A stretch of DNA of 64,000 nucleotides from the human T2T-CHM13v2.0 reference genome, Homo sapiens, in assembly GCF_009914755.1 (NCBI RefSeq), contig NC_060942.1; one strand, written 5' to 3'. Shown piece by piece: positions 1 to 11,459 of this stretch; the first letter of the stretch is position 1, and the number at the start of each line of letters is the position of its first letter. Under the pieces are notes generated by a model. It saw only the letters and a program-made list of their open reading frames with translations, made no database searches and was not told where the DNA came from. A program made the position numbers and the translations under genes.

Positions 1-14
1 ACCTGCTAACAGTC

Positions 15-310
15 AAGCCAGGCTAGGCTATGCTGCTGTAACAAGTGTTCTTAAAACAACAAAGTTAGTGTCTGTGTCTCTACTCCTCTTAATTACTCAG
101 GGACCCAGACTGACAGAGGCTTCATCTTGACACACAAATCCATGGTCCCCTGGCAGGGGCAGGAGAAAGGAAGCATGGCACACCACACACTGGTTCTTGA
201 AATGTCAGCCCAGAAGCAACACTCATTATGTCCCCTCTCATATTAGTGGCTGGTGCAAGCCATATGGCCAAGCCTGAGCTCATGGGATTTATAGCCCTCC
301 TACAGGCAGG
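15..310 (-). mobile_element. Old MaLR solo LTR (MLT1J/K/L-like)
   Basis: Reverse-strand MLT1 hallmarks: CTAGGCTATGCTGCTGTAACAA, GGGACCCAGACTGACAGAGG and GCAAGCCATATGGCCAAGCCTGA. Confidence 0.65.
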
Positions 311-582
311 AGAACCACATAATGCAGACTACCAAAAAGCCATAATAACATAGCTCATTGTTCCACAGTTTTAAATTTACTACAGGCCACCAGTCCTTTT
401 CTCTAAAATGTTCCTACTCCAGTCACTCCCTGAAAGTCAGGCATGAATAGTCAGTTGCCAGGATATTAGAGAGAGAGGAAGAAAACAGGAGCTTGAGGCA
501 ATTAAAGACCAACGTGGCCTCATTCACAGTGGTGCTAAGAATTGGTCCTACCACCCACAACTCCAAGAGAGAGGCAAAAATG

Positions 583-692
583 TGTGGTGATAAAGGACAA
601 GCCTGGAGCCAGAAGTCCTGGCTACTGGTTCTGATGCTAACCTTGCTCTTGGCTGTGAGGTGTTGGACAAATCACTTTCCCACTCATGGAGT
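583..692 (+). mobile_element. MIR SINE fragment
   Basis: Degenerate MIR core: GCCTGGAGCCAGAAGTCCTGG...GCTGTGAGGTGTTGGACAAATCACTT. Confidence 0.55.
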
Positions 693-702
693 GCAAGGGC
701 AT

Positions 703-912
703 CAGTGGTTTTCAAACTGTGTTCACTGACAATCCCGGAGCCCCACCATAGGCAGGAGGTGAGGGAAGGAGAAAGGCCCAGGTGACAGGGAGGTGGTTGC
801 CCAAGTTGTTTCAACCAGAACAGCCTTACTTTTCTGCATTTTGTGCATTGGGCTGCCAAAGGAGATTTGCTTTGGCAAAGGGTTCTATTGCTTGGACAAG
901 TTTGGCCACCAT
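703..912. mobile_element. hAT-Charlie MITE (MER103-like)
   Basis: Begins with the Charlie terminal inverted repeat (TIR) CAGTGGTTTTCAAACT; internal TTCAACCAGAACAGC and AAAGGGTTCT; degenerate AAGTTTGGCCACCA end. Confidence 0.6.
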
Positions 913-3472
913 TCTATCTGGTTGGTGCTCTCTTGGCTCCCATGTGGGAAAGTTTATGGGAAAGTCCTAACAGAGAAAGAGCTCCTACCATCTTGACCCC
1001 CAGGAAGGTGACCCAAAGGAAGTGAGAGAGATGTCAGAAGTTTAGAGTTTACAGAAGTAGCAGGGGAGACAGTTGGAGACACAGGCAGCAAACACAGGCC
1101 ACATGGTGGAGTTTGAACTGTATCTTGATCAGGAAGTCTTTGAAGTGTTTTAAACAAGGAGGCACAGTCAGATTTGGAACTAAGAAAGATCAAGCCTGAG
1201 GTATGGTCACATGGCCCAGGACACTCCTGAAACAGCGCCTCCAAAATGTATCTGGAACAAACTTTTCCCTAGCCTCTGCCTCCATCTTTCTCTCCATGCC
1301 TCTCCTTTGGGAGGTGATGAGGTGGATCGGGGTTCAGAGGAAAGTAGAATTGACAGGTAAACAATAGAGCCTGGATCCCCCTGCAGGCTCTCAGCTCTTT
1401 GAGGACACCCCTCCCCTCTTTCCCCTCAAGCTTCCTACAATGAGGACAAGGAGACCACCCCTTGGGGGCTCCCCTCCTGCTCCAATCAATTCTCCTCAAT
1501 TACCAACAAATCTAAATGTGATTTATCTGTGCAAGAATCATTCCAATATCACGCGAGAATCTATCAATAAAACCCCCAAGGCAATCTTGCTTAGAGTTGT
1601 CAATAGAAGCTCTAAAGCACAAAGGCATAGCAGCTAGCAATCAGGGTATTTTTGCCTCCCTCCCCCCTTTTTGGGGAGCACTTAATTAAGTCGACCAGAA
1701 GCTGTCAAAGATAATTTTCAAAGCACATGACCTCAGCAGCTGACATTTGATAATATTACATTCCACGTTGATTGAAATTGATTTTCCCCTCTTTTTGGGG
1801 GGGATGGAGAAAAGGGGGGAGGGTGAGGTCACAGAAGAGGGGAGGCTTAGATCTCTTTCGCTGTGGTACTCAGCCCAGACCAGCAACGTGTGGGGTCACC
1901 ACAGGCAGGCTGTTGGGCTCTCCTACCTTCAATGGAACCAGGGCTGGGCAGCTGTTTTCCAGCTGAGCCGCCATCCAGAGCCGGTGGGTGGAGCTCCACT
2001 TGGGAGGAAAGATACAAGAACCTGGTGTGCAAGGACCGGAAGCTGACACACAAATAGCACGCAGCAAAGTTGACGGTATCCAATGGCCTCTGTTTGCTGG
2101 GAAGATATTGGCACTAGAGGGGCAGAGCACAATGAGAGGTGGCAATTGGCTGGTTTTGGTTAAGTTTGTTTCTCACATTTGGCCATTTAGTCTATAATGG
2201 ATGTGCTAGGTCACTATGGAGGTTGGCTTTCCTTTGACTTTACTGCTGTTAGAGAAGCTCATTCCAGCATCTCCAAAACCCCCACCCCGAACCCTCCTCT
2301 GAACCTGAATAAGGGCATGCCGGCAGTCACAGTCTTCTCATTACTCCACCAGTGCAAATCTCTAAAGTCCTCAATAGACCCAGAGTAGTCCTCATGCAGA
2401 CACCCACCCCTCATCCAAATGATGTTCATCCTCGGAGTAGGCTCAGCCTTGGTTCTTGTCCTACAGTGCGTGTGGGATGCTGACCATTTGGCTTCTTGGT
2501 TTCTGGATCTTTGGCATTAACTCCTGGTGTTGACTGACCCCTTGGCTGACCAGTTTGTGTCTTACTTCTGGCTCTAGGTAAAAAGGAGGTCTCTAACCTC
2601 CGTTCCCAATCCTTGGTTTTTCATGTGTTCCTGCTTTGAAGCACTGGCTGGGACCAGAACACTGACCTCCACACTGGACTTAGTGCATGGACAGGGCATT
2701 GCAGACTCAAGATGAAGTTGCATTTAAGATCTCAGGCCCCTGGTTGGTTGTGCTCTTGGCATATTTGTATCCCTAGCATGGACACCTTCTTTCCTAGGTT
2801 TTTGAGGCCTTGGGCTGAGGTTTTCTTTAGAGACCTCTGCTAAGACTTCTTATGGAGGGAAGGGAAGGAAACCTTGAAGACACTTCCCCACTACCCAGGA
2901 TTTTCCACTCCTAGCCTTCCCCCTTGACATCCTCCACCCCCAGCGTCCCTAAAACTAACAGAGCTTTTGGTCTGAGGCTCCTCAACAGTGAGATCAGCCC
3001 CACGTCTGTGCCGTTCCGAGGGAAAACAGAACAGAGAGAGCTGGCATTTCCTCCAGTTTTAGACTCTTGCTTTTACCACTGCAGGAAGTGATTCAAGGCT
3101 TAACCCTTTCATTTTTGGCTTGTCATTTTAATCAGCCTCTCTGACACCTGACAGCTCAGCACCCTCTCCCAGCTCAGCTGAGCTCCTGCCAACTTTAACA
3201 CATGAGTGACACTGACTAGATTGAGGCCTGGGAAAGGCATTCCAGGAAACGGGTATGGCATAAAGGAGGTAAGAGGCACAAGCAGCTCTGGGGCTTTTTC
3301 AGCCAATCTTGAGCTGGAGGAGATAATAGTGAAGAGTGTACAGCTACGAAGGGGAGGGGAGTTTAGACTTGGTGCAGGAGGCACAGGGCCCACGAGGTCT
3401 TGATCCTATTCATACATCCTGTTTTAAAAAGGAAAAACAAGCCATTATAAGTTTTGAGCCAGATGTTTAAAG

Positions 3473-3660
3473 GCAGTGTGGTCCAGTTGGAAAAGTACTA
3501 GACTGGGAGAGAAGACTTGGACTTTAAGTCTCTGCAACTAGCTGTGGGCAAGGCATGTCGCCTTTCTGAGCCTCCATTTTCTCATTTGTATAGTGAAGCT
3601 TCAGAGGTGATTGTGTGGACTAATGGTGCTATATATCAAAATATACAGTGTAATGATAGT
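3473..3660 (+). mobile_element. MIR SINE
   Basis: GCAGTGTGGTCCAGTTGGAAAAGTACTAGACTGGGAG...CTAGCTGTGGGCAAG...TCTGAGCCTCCATTTTCTCATTTGTA. Confidence 0.7.
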
Positions 3661-3899
3661 AAATCTTTTCTTTCTTTTTTTCCTCCTCCCCAGATGATTG
3701 GCATATATAACTTTTCACATGTATGATGTCCTTCTCTTCGGGATTGCTTTCCTAAGAGTAAGGAGAAAGATGGATATATGTTTATGGTAATGGAAGAAAA
3801 TAGTGGCTCAGATGATCCAAAGCAGTAGATAAAATAATTTAGCTAACTTTCAGCTGCATAATGCTATTTTATTTTTATTGAGATACATTCACTTTTTAA

Positions 3900-4492
3900 A
3901 TTTTTTTATTTTTATTTTTTATTATACTTTAAGTTCTGGGATACATGTACAGAACGTGCAGGTTTGTTACGTAGGTATACATGTGCCATGGTGGTTTGCT
4001 GCACCCATCAACCCGTCATCTACATTAGGTATTTCTCCTAATGCTATCCCTCCCCTAGCCCCCAACCCCCGACAGACCCCGGTGTGTAATGTTCCCCTCC
4101 CTATGTCCATGTGTTCTCATTGTTCAACTCCCACTTATGAGTGAGAACATACAGTGTTTAGTTTTCTGTTCCTGTGTTAGTTTGCTGAGAATGATGGTTT
4201 CCAGCTTTATCCATGTCCCTGCAAAGGGACATGAACTCATCCTTTTTTATGGCTGCATAGTATTCCATGGTGTGTATGTGCAGCAATTTCTTTATCTAGT
4301 CTATCATTGATGGGCATTTGGGTTGGTTCCAAGTCCGTGCTATTGTGAACAGTGCTGCAATAAACATATGTGTGCATGTGTCTTTATAGTAGCATGATTT
4401 ATAATCCTTTGGGTATATACCCAGTAATGGGATTCCTGGGTCAAATGGTATTTCTGGTTCTAGATTCTTGAGGAACCACCTCACTGTCTTCC
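3900..4492 (-). mobile_element. L1PA (L1PA7-like) 3' end, non-inverted part of a 5'-inverted insertion
   Basis: Poly-T, then ATTATACTTTAAGTTCTGGGATACATG (L1 3' terminus, reverse strand). ORF 4296-4556 contains the ORF2 C-terminal peptide [28 protein letters not shown]. Confidence 0.95.
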
Positions 4493-4657
4493 GGTACCAA
4501 AACAGATATATAGACCAAAGGAACAGAACAGAGGCCTCAGAAATAACGCCATACATCTACAACTGTCTGATCTTTGACAAACCTGACAAAAACAAGCAAT
4601 GGGGAAAGGATTTCCTATTTAATAAATGGTTTTGGGAAAACTGGCTAGCCATATGCA
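4493..4657 (+). mobile_element. L1PA ORF2 segment, inverted 5' part of the same insertion
   Basis: Sense-strand ORF2 peptide [54 protein letters not shown] abuts the antisense part. TSD ATTCACTTTTTAA (3887-3899) / ATTTACTTTTTAA (4659-4671). Confidence 0.92.
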
Positions 4658-4767
4658 AATTTACTTTTTAATACTTCTTTTCTAATAATTACCACTCCAT
4701 CTATAAACATTTTATCTCTAAATTATACAAGAGGTAAACTGTATACATGCTTTCAGACAGAAACCAT

Positions 4768-5112
4768 GTGAGTCAGGGTAGGCCTGGTGATGTTACATTA
4801 AGAAACAGCCCCTGCAAACTCTGTTTATTATTTCTTGCTCAGCCATGTGTTCAACAGGGGTGAGCAACGGGTTCTATGCTTCATAGTCATGGCGGGTCCC
4901 AGACTGATGGAGTCGCTAATTCAACACATGTTTGCATGATTGCAGAGCCAGGGAAAAGAGAGAGAGTGAATCACATACTAGCTGTTAAAGCTACTGTCCA
5001 GAAGTGTTACTTACTCTTATAGTTTCTTGGCCAAAGCAAGTCATACAACCATGACTAAGTCCATGTGGCAAAGAACTGCTATTCTACTATGTACTTAAGA
5101 CAAGAGGAACAA
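4768..5112 (-). mobile_element. Old MaLR solo LTR (MLT1K/L-like)
   Basis: GGTCCCAGACTGATGGAG, CCAGAAGTGTTAC and TTGGCCAAAGCAAGTCATAC are MLT1 reverse-strand motifs. Confidence 0.65.
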
Positions 5113-5289
5113 ACATAAGACCAAGTGACAACTGTTGGAACCCAGGTACATAGTGGTTACACTTGGGAGCATAATTTCAACTGTGTAAAATTTCTGAAAT
5201 CTTGGTCAGAGCCTCTGAAGAAGAGTAAACCATGATTAAGCTTCTTTCCTTTGACTTTTGGCAAATAGAGGTCTTACTATTTGCAGAAG

Positions 5290-6136
5290 ACCCTTTGGGT
5301 GCCTCATGTCAGATCCTGTTGGCTTATTTCCAATACAGATGCTACTTTGAGAGGCAGTTCCAGGTGAGCTCAGACACGTGCTGGCCTAGTTCCATCTTGA
5401 TATGGTTTTCCTATGTCCCCACCCTAATCCCATCGTGAGTTGTAGCTCCCATAATTCCCACATGTCATGGGAGGGACCTAGTGGGAGGTAATTGAATCAT
5501 GGAGATGGGTCTTTCCTGTGCTGCCCCGTGATAGTGAATAAGTCTTATGATGTCTGATGCTTTTATAAGGGGTAGTTTCCCTATACAAGCTCTTTTGCCT
5601 GCTACCATGTAAGACGTGCCTTTGTTTCTCCTTTGCCTTCTGCCATGATTGTGAGGCCTCCCCAGACATGTGGAACTGTGAGTCCATTAAACCTCTTTCC
5701 TTTATAAAGTATCCAGTCTCGGGTATGTCTTTATTAGCAGCTGAGAACAGACTAATACACACCTCAAGCACACAATGGTTTCCACCCCTGGGCCTTCTCC
5801 AGCAGGAATTTTCTCAATCAATTAAAAAGTGCATCACAGAAATGCAGGGGTGTTATCTCTGAGATGACACTCAATCAATGATGGGAGCCAGTAGATAAAT
5901 ATTCCAGCCTTCTATCCTTCAGATGGAATTCTCTATGATTCTCAGCAGACTTGTGGGCTACAATGCGTACTGCCTATGGCTGCAGCCTTGACCATGACCC
6001 CTTACGCTGGCTTTTTCTCCTTTCCTGTCCCACTCTTCCTGATCCTTCACTCCTTGGATCACCTCCCAAATAAATAACCTGTACCCAAGTTTTTGTCTCA
6101 GGCTGTACTTTTGGGAGAACCCTTCCTAAAATAACA
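5290..6136 (+). mobile_element. ERVL solo LTR (LTR16-like), interrupted by THE1B
   Basis: LTR16-type 3' end GGATCACCTCCCAAATAAATAACCTGTACCCAAGT...GTCTCAGGCTG...GGGAGAACCC; 5' boundary approximate. Confidence 0.65.
5398..5759 (+). mobile_element. THE1B solo LTR (ERVL-MaLR)
   Basis: Full length from TGATATGG to GACTAATACA, following the THE1B consensus; 5-bp TSD CATCT/CACCT. Confidence 0.93.
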
Positions 6137-7809
6137 AGTCTTCAGAGGGAAAAGGATTGCATATATCTGCTCAAAAAGTGTAGGGGGTGAAGAAGCATTG
6201 TTGGAAAAGAGAGGAAACAGCAGAATTAATTTAGTCCTATATCAAAACAAGTTTACATTCTCTGATGCTGAGGTCAAGGGGAAGACTGGGAAAGGAAAGT
6301 AAGGATGTCCATTTGAGGTTTAACTTGTCAGAGCAAATTTACAGTTATTTGCAAGTAGTTATTTGGGAGGTAACTGAAGCTAGCTATCTGATTCAATGTT
6401 GTAAGGAAAACTGGGGATCAACCTACCCTGTCCATCTCCTGAAGACTAGAGAAGAGAAAGGCCTTGACCCTTGGCTGAAAAGTGTAGTTAAGATCTCTAA
6501 GATTTCTTTTCCTGGCTTCAAGGGAATCCTTGACTGTGCAAAGCAGGTCTGGGTGGGAGTTTGGGGTAACAAACAGAGCATCTCTACATAAAGAAGTTAG
6601 AGAAATGGATTTTTTGCTCTGGTGAGAGAAAGCCAATAGAAAGAACAAGGTGAAGGGGGAAGAGTGCAGCGCTACTCTGGAGCCTGAGTTGTAGAGATGG
6701 CCTAGGTCCTTTTGTAGTTACTATTTTCTTCTTAATGTAGAAGGATGTCTGGTATTAATTTCCGAGTAGCTTGTTTTCGTAGAATTCCTTCCACCTCTTC
6801 AAATACTCAGTAAAGTCTACTACACGCTAAATGCCTTGTGTTCATGGGTATGCCTGGAAATTAATGGAAATTTTATTCTGAGTTCTGAGCCAGGTAAACT
6901 CTATATCCAATGGAGATAGCTGGCTTGGGACAGCAAAGTGTTCTACAAATTAAACAAATTCAAAGTATTTGGGGCTCAGAGATGGGGGTTTGCAGAAATC
7001 TTGGGAAAGGGTTGGCCTTTCCCTAGCCTATGGAAAGAAAACCTGAGTTAGTCTTACCATGACCCTAAGAGAGATGGGGGCCTCAAATGATATCTCAGTT
7101 ACTGAACACATGAAGAAAGGATTCATTAACCTATCTTGGTGGATGAGGAAATAGTGCTCAGAGCAGCTGTATAAATTCAACACTTATTTCTTTCACCTTA
7201 CAGAATATTTTGCTAAGTGCCTGTGGGGTGCTAGACTTAGACTGTGAGTGACATTTTAAGGCACTTATGCCCCGACCCTGCCCTTACATCCTGCCTAATG
7301 GGCTAGGGCAAAATCAAATGTGCACTCTGGCTTGCTGACATCATTTGGGGACCTGTCAATCTCATAGCCTGCTGCCTGTACCTTTTCTTGTGTTCGCTAA
7401 GAATCAGGTGCTCAACAACAGCTACCTTCAAACCCCAGAGTGGAGCCTCTGCTATGCCCAAATGAGTAAAGTTGATGGTTTTTAACCACTGCACTAGATT
7501 CAACTACTTGCTGACGTGGCCATTCCTAGCTTAATGTGGCCTATAAGCCTACAATTAGATAGAGATATTTCAGAAGCTGAGACTAATGGGTCCTGACTTC
7601 TGGGATGCTGATGAATTCTGTACAACTATGTTAACTAATTCAACCACAGTTTCTTTCCTTAGTCAACTTATCAATTGGTGACTATGTGTTGGCTTCCTAC
7701 TCCGTGGGGAGGCCTCTCTGTTGTCCACTAGGGTGAGGTGATGAGACTGTGTTAACAGCCGTGATTCAAACAGGTAGTTTGAATGGAAACATTAGAATGG
7801 AAATAATTA

Positions 7810-8107
7810 GGCTGAGTGTGGTGGCTCATGCTTGTAATCCTAACACTTTGGGAGGCCAAGCGGGCAGATTGCTTGAGCCCAGGAGTCTAAGACCAGCCTG
7901 GGCAGCATGGAAAAGCCCCATCTCTACTAAACTTACCAAAAATTAGCTGAGTGTGGTGGCGTGCCTGTGGTCCCAGCTACTTGGGAGACTGAGGTGGTTG
8001 GAACACCTGAGCTCAGGGAGTCAAGGCTGCAGTGAGCCGTGGTCGCACCACTGCACTACAGCCTGGGTGATGGGAGTGACACCCTGTCCTTAAAAGAAAT
8101 AATAAAA
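7810..8107 (+). mobile_element. AluJ
   Basis: Dimeric Alu with J diagnostics (GCTTGAGCCCAGGAG, TCAAGGCTGCAGTGAGCC); perfect 15-bp TSD AGAATGGAAATAATT at 7794-7808 and 8108-8122. Confidence 0.96.
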
Positions 8108-8376
8108 AGAATGGAAATAATTGAGAGAAACCTTTTCTTCTAGCTGATTTGTTGTTCCAAGGCCCTGTCTTCCTCAAACTGAGAACAGCAAACTTGGGCC
8201 AATGCTGCTTCTCCACATGAAGTCAACGCCTATCTCCTTTCTCCCTGTCAACATCTTGCTCATTGTTCAAGGCCCAGTGCAAGTCCCCTCTGTCAAGAGG
8301 ACTTTCCTGGCCCTCTCGCCCTTCTAATTTACTGGGCGTGTGCGGATTGTTACTCAATTGTTACTTCTGTCTATGT

Positions 8377-8752
8377 CAGTGTTCTTTTGAACACTGATCC
8401 TTGGAAGCGTCAATAGACATCAGTGTAAAATACCCCATTCTCAGATGCATTTGGGAAAACATCAGGTTTAACAAAGGTAAATGGGCTTCTTTAAAGCAGG
8501 ATGACTCAGAGCCTTTAATATGCCCATATCTGCACTTATTACCAGGTGACCATATCTAGAAGGGGGTGCCACTACAAGTGATATCAGGACGATCAACGAA
8601 AACTGGGACTACCCCAAGTAAATTAGGACATATTGTTACCCTAATTAAAATCTCTCCAAGTGGTGTTTCCCAAACTCCTCAGACCAAGGATCCTTTTGTC
8701 AAGGAGCATATCTCAGGGTACTATTACGTGAATCACAGTTTGAGAAATGCTG
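8377..8752. mobile_element. hAT-Charlie-type MITE (subfamily uncertain), interrupted
   Basis: CAGTGTT start, TTTGAGAAATGCTG end; internal GGTTTAACAAAGGTAAA and CTCAGAGCCTTTAATATGC typical of an ancient Charlie MITE. Confidence 0.55.
8542..8643. mobile_element. hAT-Blackjack MITE (MER81/MER94-like)
   Basis: Degenerate Blackjack TIRs GGTGACCATAT ... ATATTGTTACCCTA; internal AAACTGGGACT. Confidence 0.6.
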
Positions 8753-8942
8753 GCGTGCCATGTGACCCAACTAGCACGTGTGCACCTCAAGAGCAGGGCC
8801 TGGGTTGTGTCCATCTTTTCCCCCTTGGCAGTTCCCTGTCCTTCTAATGCAGTTCCCTGCAATAGCAAAATTAAGGAAGAAAATTACTTCTATTTTCCTT
8901 GGGCATGTCAAGTAAGAGGTGATTTTAAGAGGTTTTGATACA

Positions 8943-8989
8943 TATATTAGATTTCTTCAGAGAAATAGAACCAAAAGGAAATGCGCACG

Positions 8990-9032
<43 letters not shown>

Positions 9033-9406
9033 ACACACACACGAGAGAGAGAGAGAGATAAAGATTTTAAGTAATTGGCTCATAAGATTGGGAAGTCTTG
9101 GTAAATCCAAAATTTGCAGGATAGGCAGTAGGCTGGTGACTCAGGGGAGGGCTGCAGTTCATGTCCAAAGGCTGTCTGCTGGCCCAACTCCTTGCTCAGA
9201 GGAGGTCAGTCTTTATTCTACTCAGGACTTCAACTGATTGGACAAGGCCCATCTGCAATATGGAGGGTAAATCTGTTTTCTTTGAAGCACCATCTTAAAG
9301 TTCATCTCGTCAAGAAAAATATGTTCACAGGAACATCCAGAATAATGTTTGACCAAATATCTGGGCGCTGTGGTGTAGCCAAATTGACACATAAGATTAA
9401 CTACTA
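8943..9406 (-). mobile_element. ERVL solo LTR (MLT2C/D-like)
   Basis: TATTAG..TTCTTCAGAGAAATAGAACCAA start; CTTCAACTGATTGGA; ACATCCAGAATAATGTTTGACCAAATATCTGGG; TTGACACATAAGATTAAC end. Confidence 0.88.
8982..9058. repeat. (CG/CA)n-(GA)n compound microsatellite inside MLT2
   Basis: TGCGCACGTGCGCG, then about 23 AC units with one interruption, then (GA)8. Confidence 0.95.
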
Positions 9407-9835
9407 GAATAATATGGGAGGTTCACTTCCTTTAATTGGGGATGTGTTTGGAGCAGGGGACCCAGCTCTAGCCTCAGGAGAGTCATACAGGGTTGAGCAC
9501 GTGTGATGCCTGTAATGGGCCCACTATAATTTGAATTGAATGAGGGTCTTTGGCCAGAGAAGAGTTATGGAAAAGCCTGGAAAGGGAAAAGCAGCAGCTC
9601 TCTCTCCTTACTGAGGCAGGTGTGAGCTTTGTGGAAGGAGGGAAATGAAGAGCTGTTTGCATAAGGGTCTTGATGAGACCTCACGGTGTTGCTGTGTCCC
9701 AAGTGACAAACCGAGACACAGAATTGGGGGCAGCAGCCCTTTCCCACTTCATCATGGAACCCAGAGTGAGACTGAGAGGACCAGTTTTCTCGGTGGGGCG
9801 GGTGGGGGTGGCATGCAGCACCAGTGGGTTCCCTG

Positions 9836-9960
9836 CAGGGTGACCAACTGTCCATTTAAAGTAATGGCAAAACTGCCATTACTTTTGCATCAGCCTAATA
9901 AGACTCTCAGTTCCAGAATCAGGAAAGTCCTGAGAAAATCAAGATAAGTTGGTCACCCTA
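9836..9960. mobile_element. hAT-Blackjack MITE (MER81-like)
   Basis: Perfect 13-bp TIR AGGGTGACCAACT / AGTTGGTCACCCT. Confidence 0.8.
9858..9900. mobile_element. Half MADE1 (Hsmar1-derived mariner MITE)
   Basis: AAAGTAATGGCAAAACTGCCATTACTTTTGCATCAGCCTAATA matches one half of MADE1 including a TIR ending CCTAATA. Confidence 0.8.
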
Positions 9961-10396
9961 CCTGAGGGTCTGCAGCTCTGGAAGCCCTAAGAGACAGCCC
10001 TTTGGGCATGGATGTACCAGCTACCCAACACAGAGCTTCAGCAGTAAATGTCACAGAGATTCTGCCTCTAATGGCTTCTTGGGGAGCACATGCAGAGACG
10101 AGAAAAGGAGTGGATGACAGAACATGAGCTCATGTGGGACAACCCCAGGAGATCCCAAAAAGATCTGGGAGCCACTTTGAAGGCAGCCGGAGTGTCTGCA
10201 TCATGCAGTGGAAGGAGGAATTTGAGTAATTGCTGTTCATGTTACTCCATTTACACCCACAGGCTGGCGAGGCCTGGGGAAACTCAGATTACAAATTCAT
10301 GTCATCCTGAGGAAAGTTCCTTCAAAAACCAAGCCTCTGGTCTAAGTGCGAGGTATAGCCCTCGAAATTTTTCTACACCTGTTTGTTCCAGTAAGG

Positions 10397-10500
10397 TTTA
10401 TTCACTCACTCACTCAGCCAGCATTTACTGAGTGCCCTCTATGTGCTGCGCACCGGCCACACAAATCCTTGCAGATCTCACAGTCTACGAGGGAAGACAG
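10397..10500 (-). mobile_element. L2 3' end fragment
   Basis: ATTCACTCACTCACTCAGCCAGCATTTACTGAGTGCCCTCTATGTGC. Confidence 0.6.
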
Positions 10501-11319
10501 TGGAAAACAGCCCTTAACTGCAGCATAGGTGGTGAAATTTGATTTTAGTGGAGTGCTGTGGCAGCCCTGTGTATTGCTGTGTGGTCACAAGACATTCTTC
10601 TCACTGGCATTTATAAAAGGGTCACTTTATTCCTGCACATTGTTAGTGCTGCTAAGTGGATGCATTGGAAAGGAATTTTATGCTAAAACAAAACAAAGAA
10701 AAAAATCACCTAGGTCCATAAACATCCCACCTCCCTGAAGAAGTAGAAAATGGTTTTGGAGCCACATTAAGTCCCCTACTGGGGACTGTTTTCCCAAAGA
10801 AAGAACATGGCTCAGATTTTCCGGAGCTTACTGCTAAGCTCACTGGTTACAGCAGACCCTGCTTGGTGCCTATTCAATGTCCATCCTCCCATTCTTTATC
10901 ATTTATCAAATTTAAATTTATTCAGCATGGCAATGTGTCTAGTTAAAAACACTCACCTCAATCAGAGTATTTCCAAATCAATAAACACTAGCCAAATCTT
11001 GGAAATAACTGTTCTATTTGTCTCAGAGAGATGGGGCATAAGGAATACTAAGATGTAAGTTTTATTGCTTAATATGTGACTAAAGGAACACATTGGCATA
11101 TTAATACCTAACAGAATAAAACAATTGAGAAAAAGTTATTAGAGAGTGTATCTGACATCATGCACTAAGTTTTAAAACAAGGAACGGTCTGTGCTCCTGT
11201 TATTTTAGTGTGCAAGGAACAGAGGTGTGCCTGGAAGGAATGGAGCTGTTATCAGTCATGGCTTAATGTTTGCTACAGTCCACACAAAGTAATGTGACAC
11301 AGCAACTGGGTAGGTAAGA

Positions 11320-11425
11320 ATATTAACAACAAATGACTGGCATTTATTGAGTCATTTTATACAAGGCACTATGCTCATATCTCATATCATTTTAATGGAA
11401 TCCTGTAAGTTAGATGTTATCCGCA
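11320..11425 (-). mobile_element. MIR fragment
   Basis: CATTTATTGAG...AGGCACTATGCT...ATCCTGTAAGTTAGATGTTATCC. Confidence 0.6.
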
Positions 11426-11459
11426 TAAACACACACACACATACTCATGCACACTCACA

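Noticed and set aside
2109-2128. CTCF-like motif GGCACTAGAGGGGCAG
   Set aside because: An extra G misplaces the conserved GGC and the 5' CC is absent; too weak without ChIP data.
9858-9900. miR-548-family microRNA gene
   Set aside because: Only half a MADE1; a 12-bp stem is too short for a pre-miRNA.
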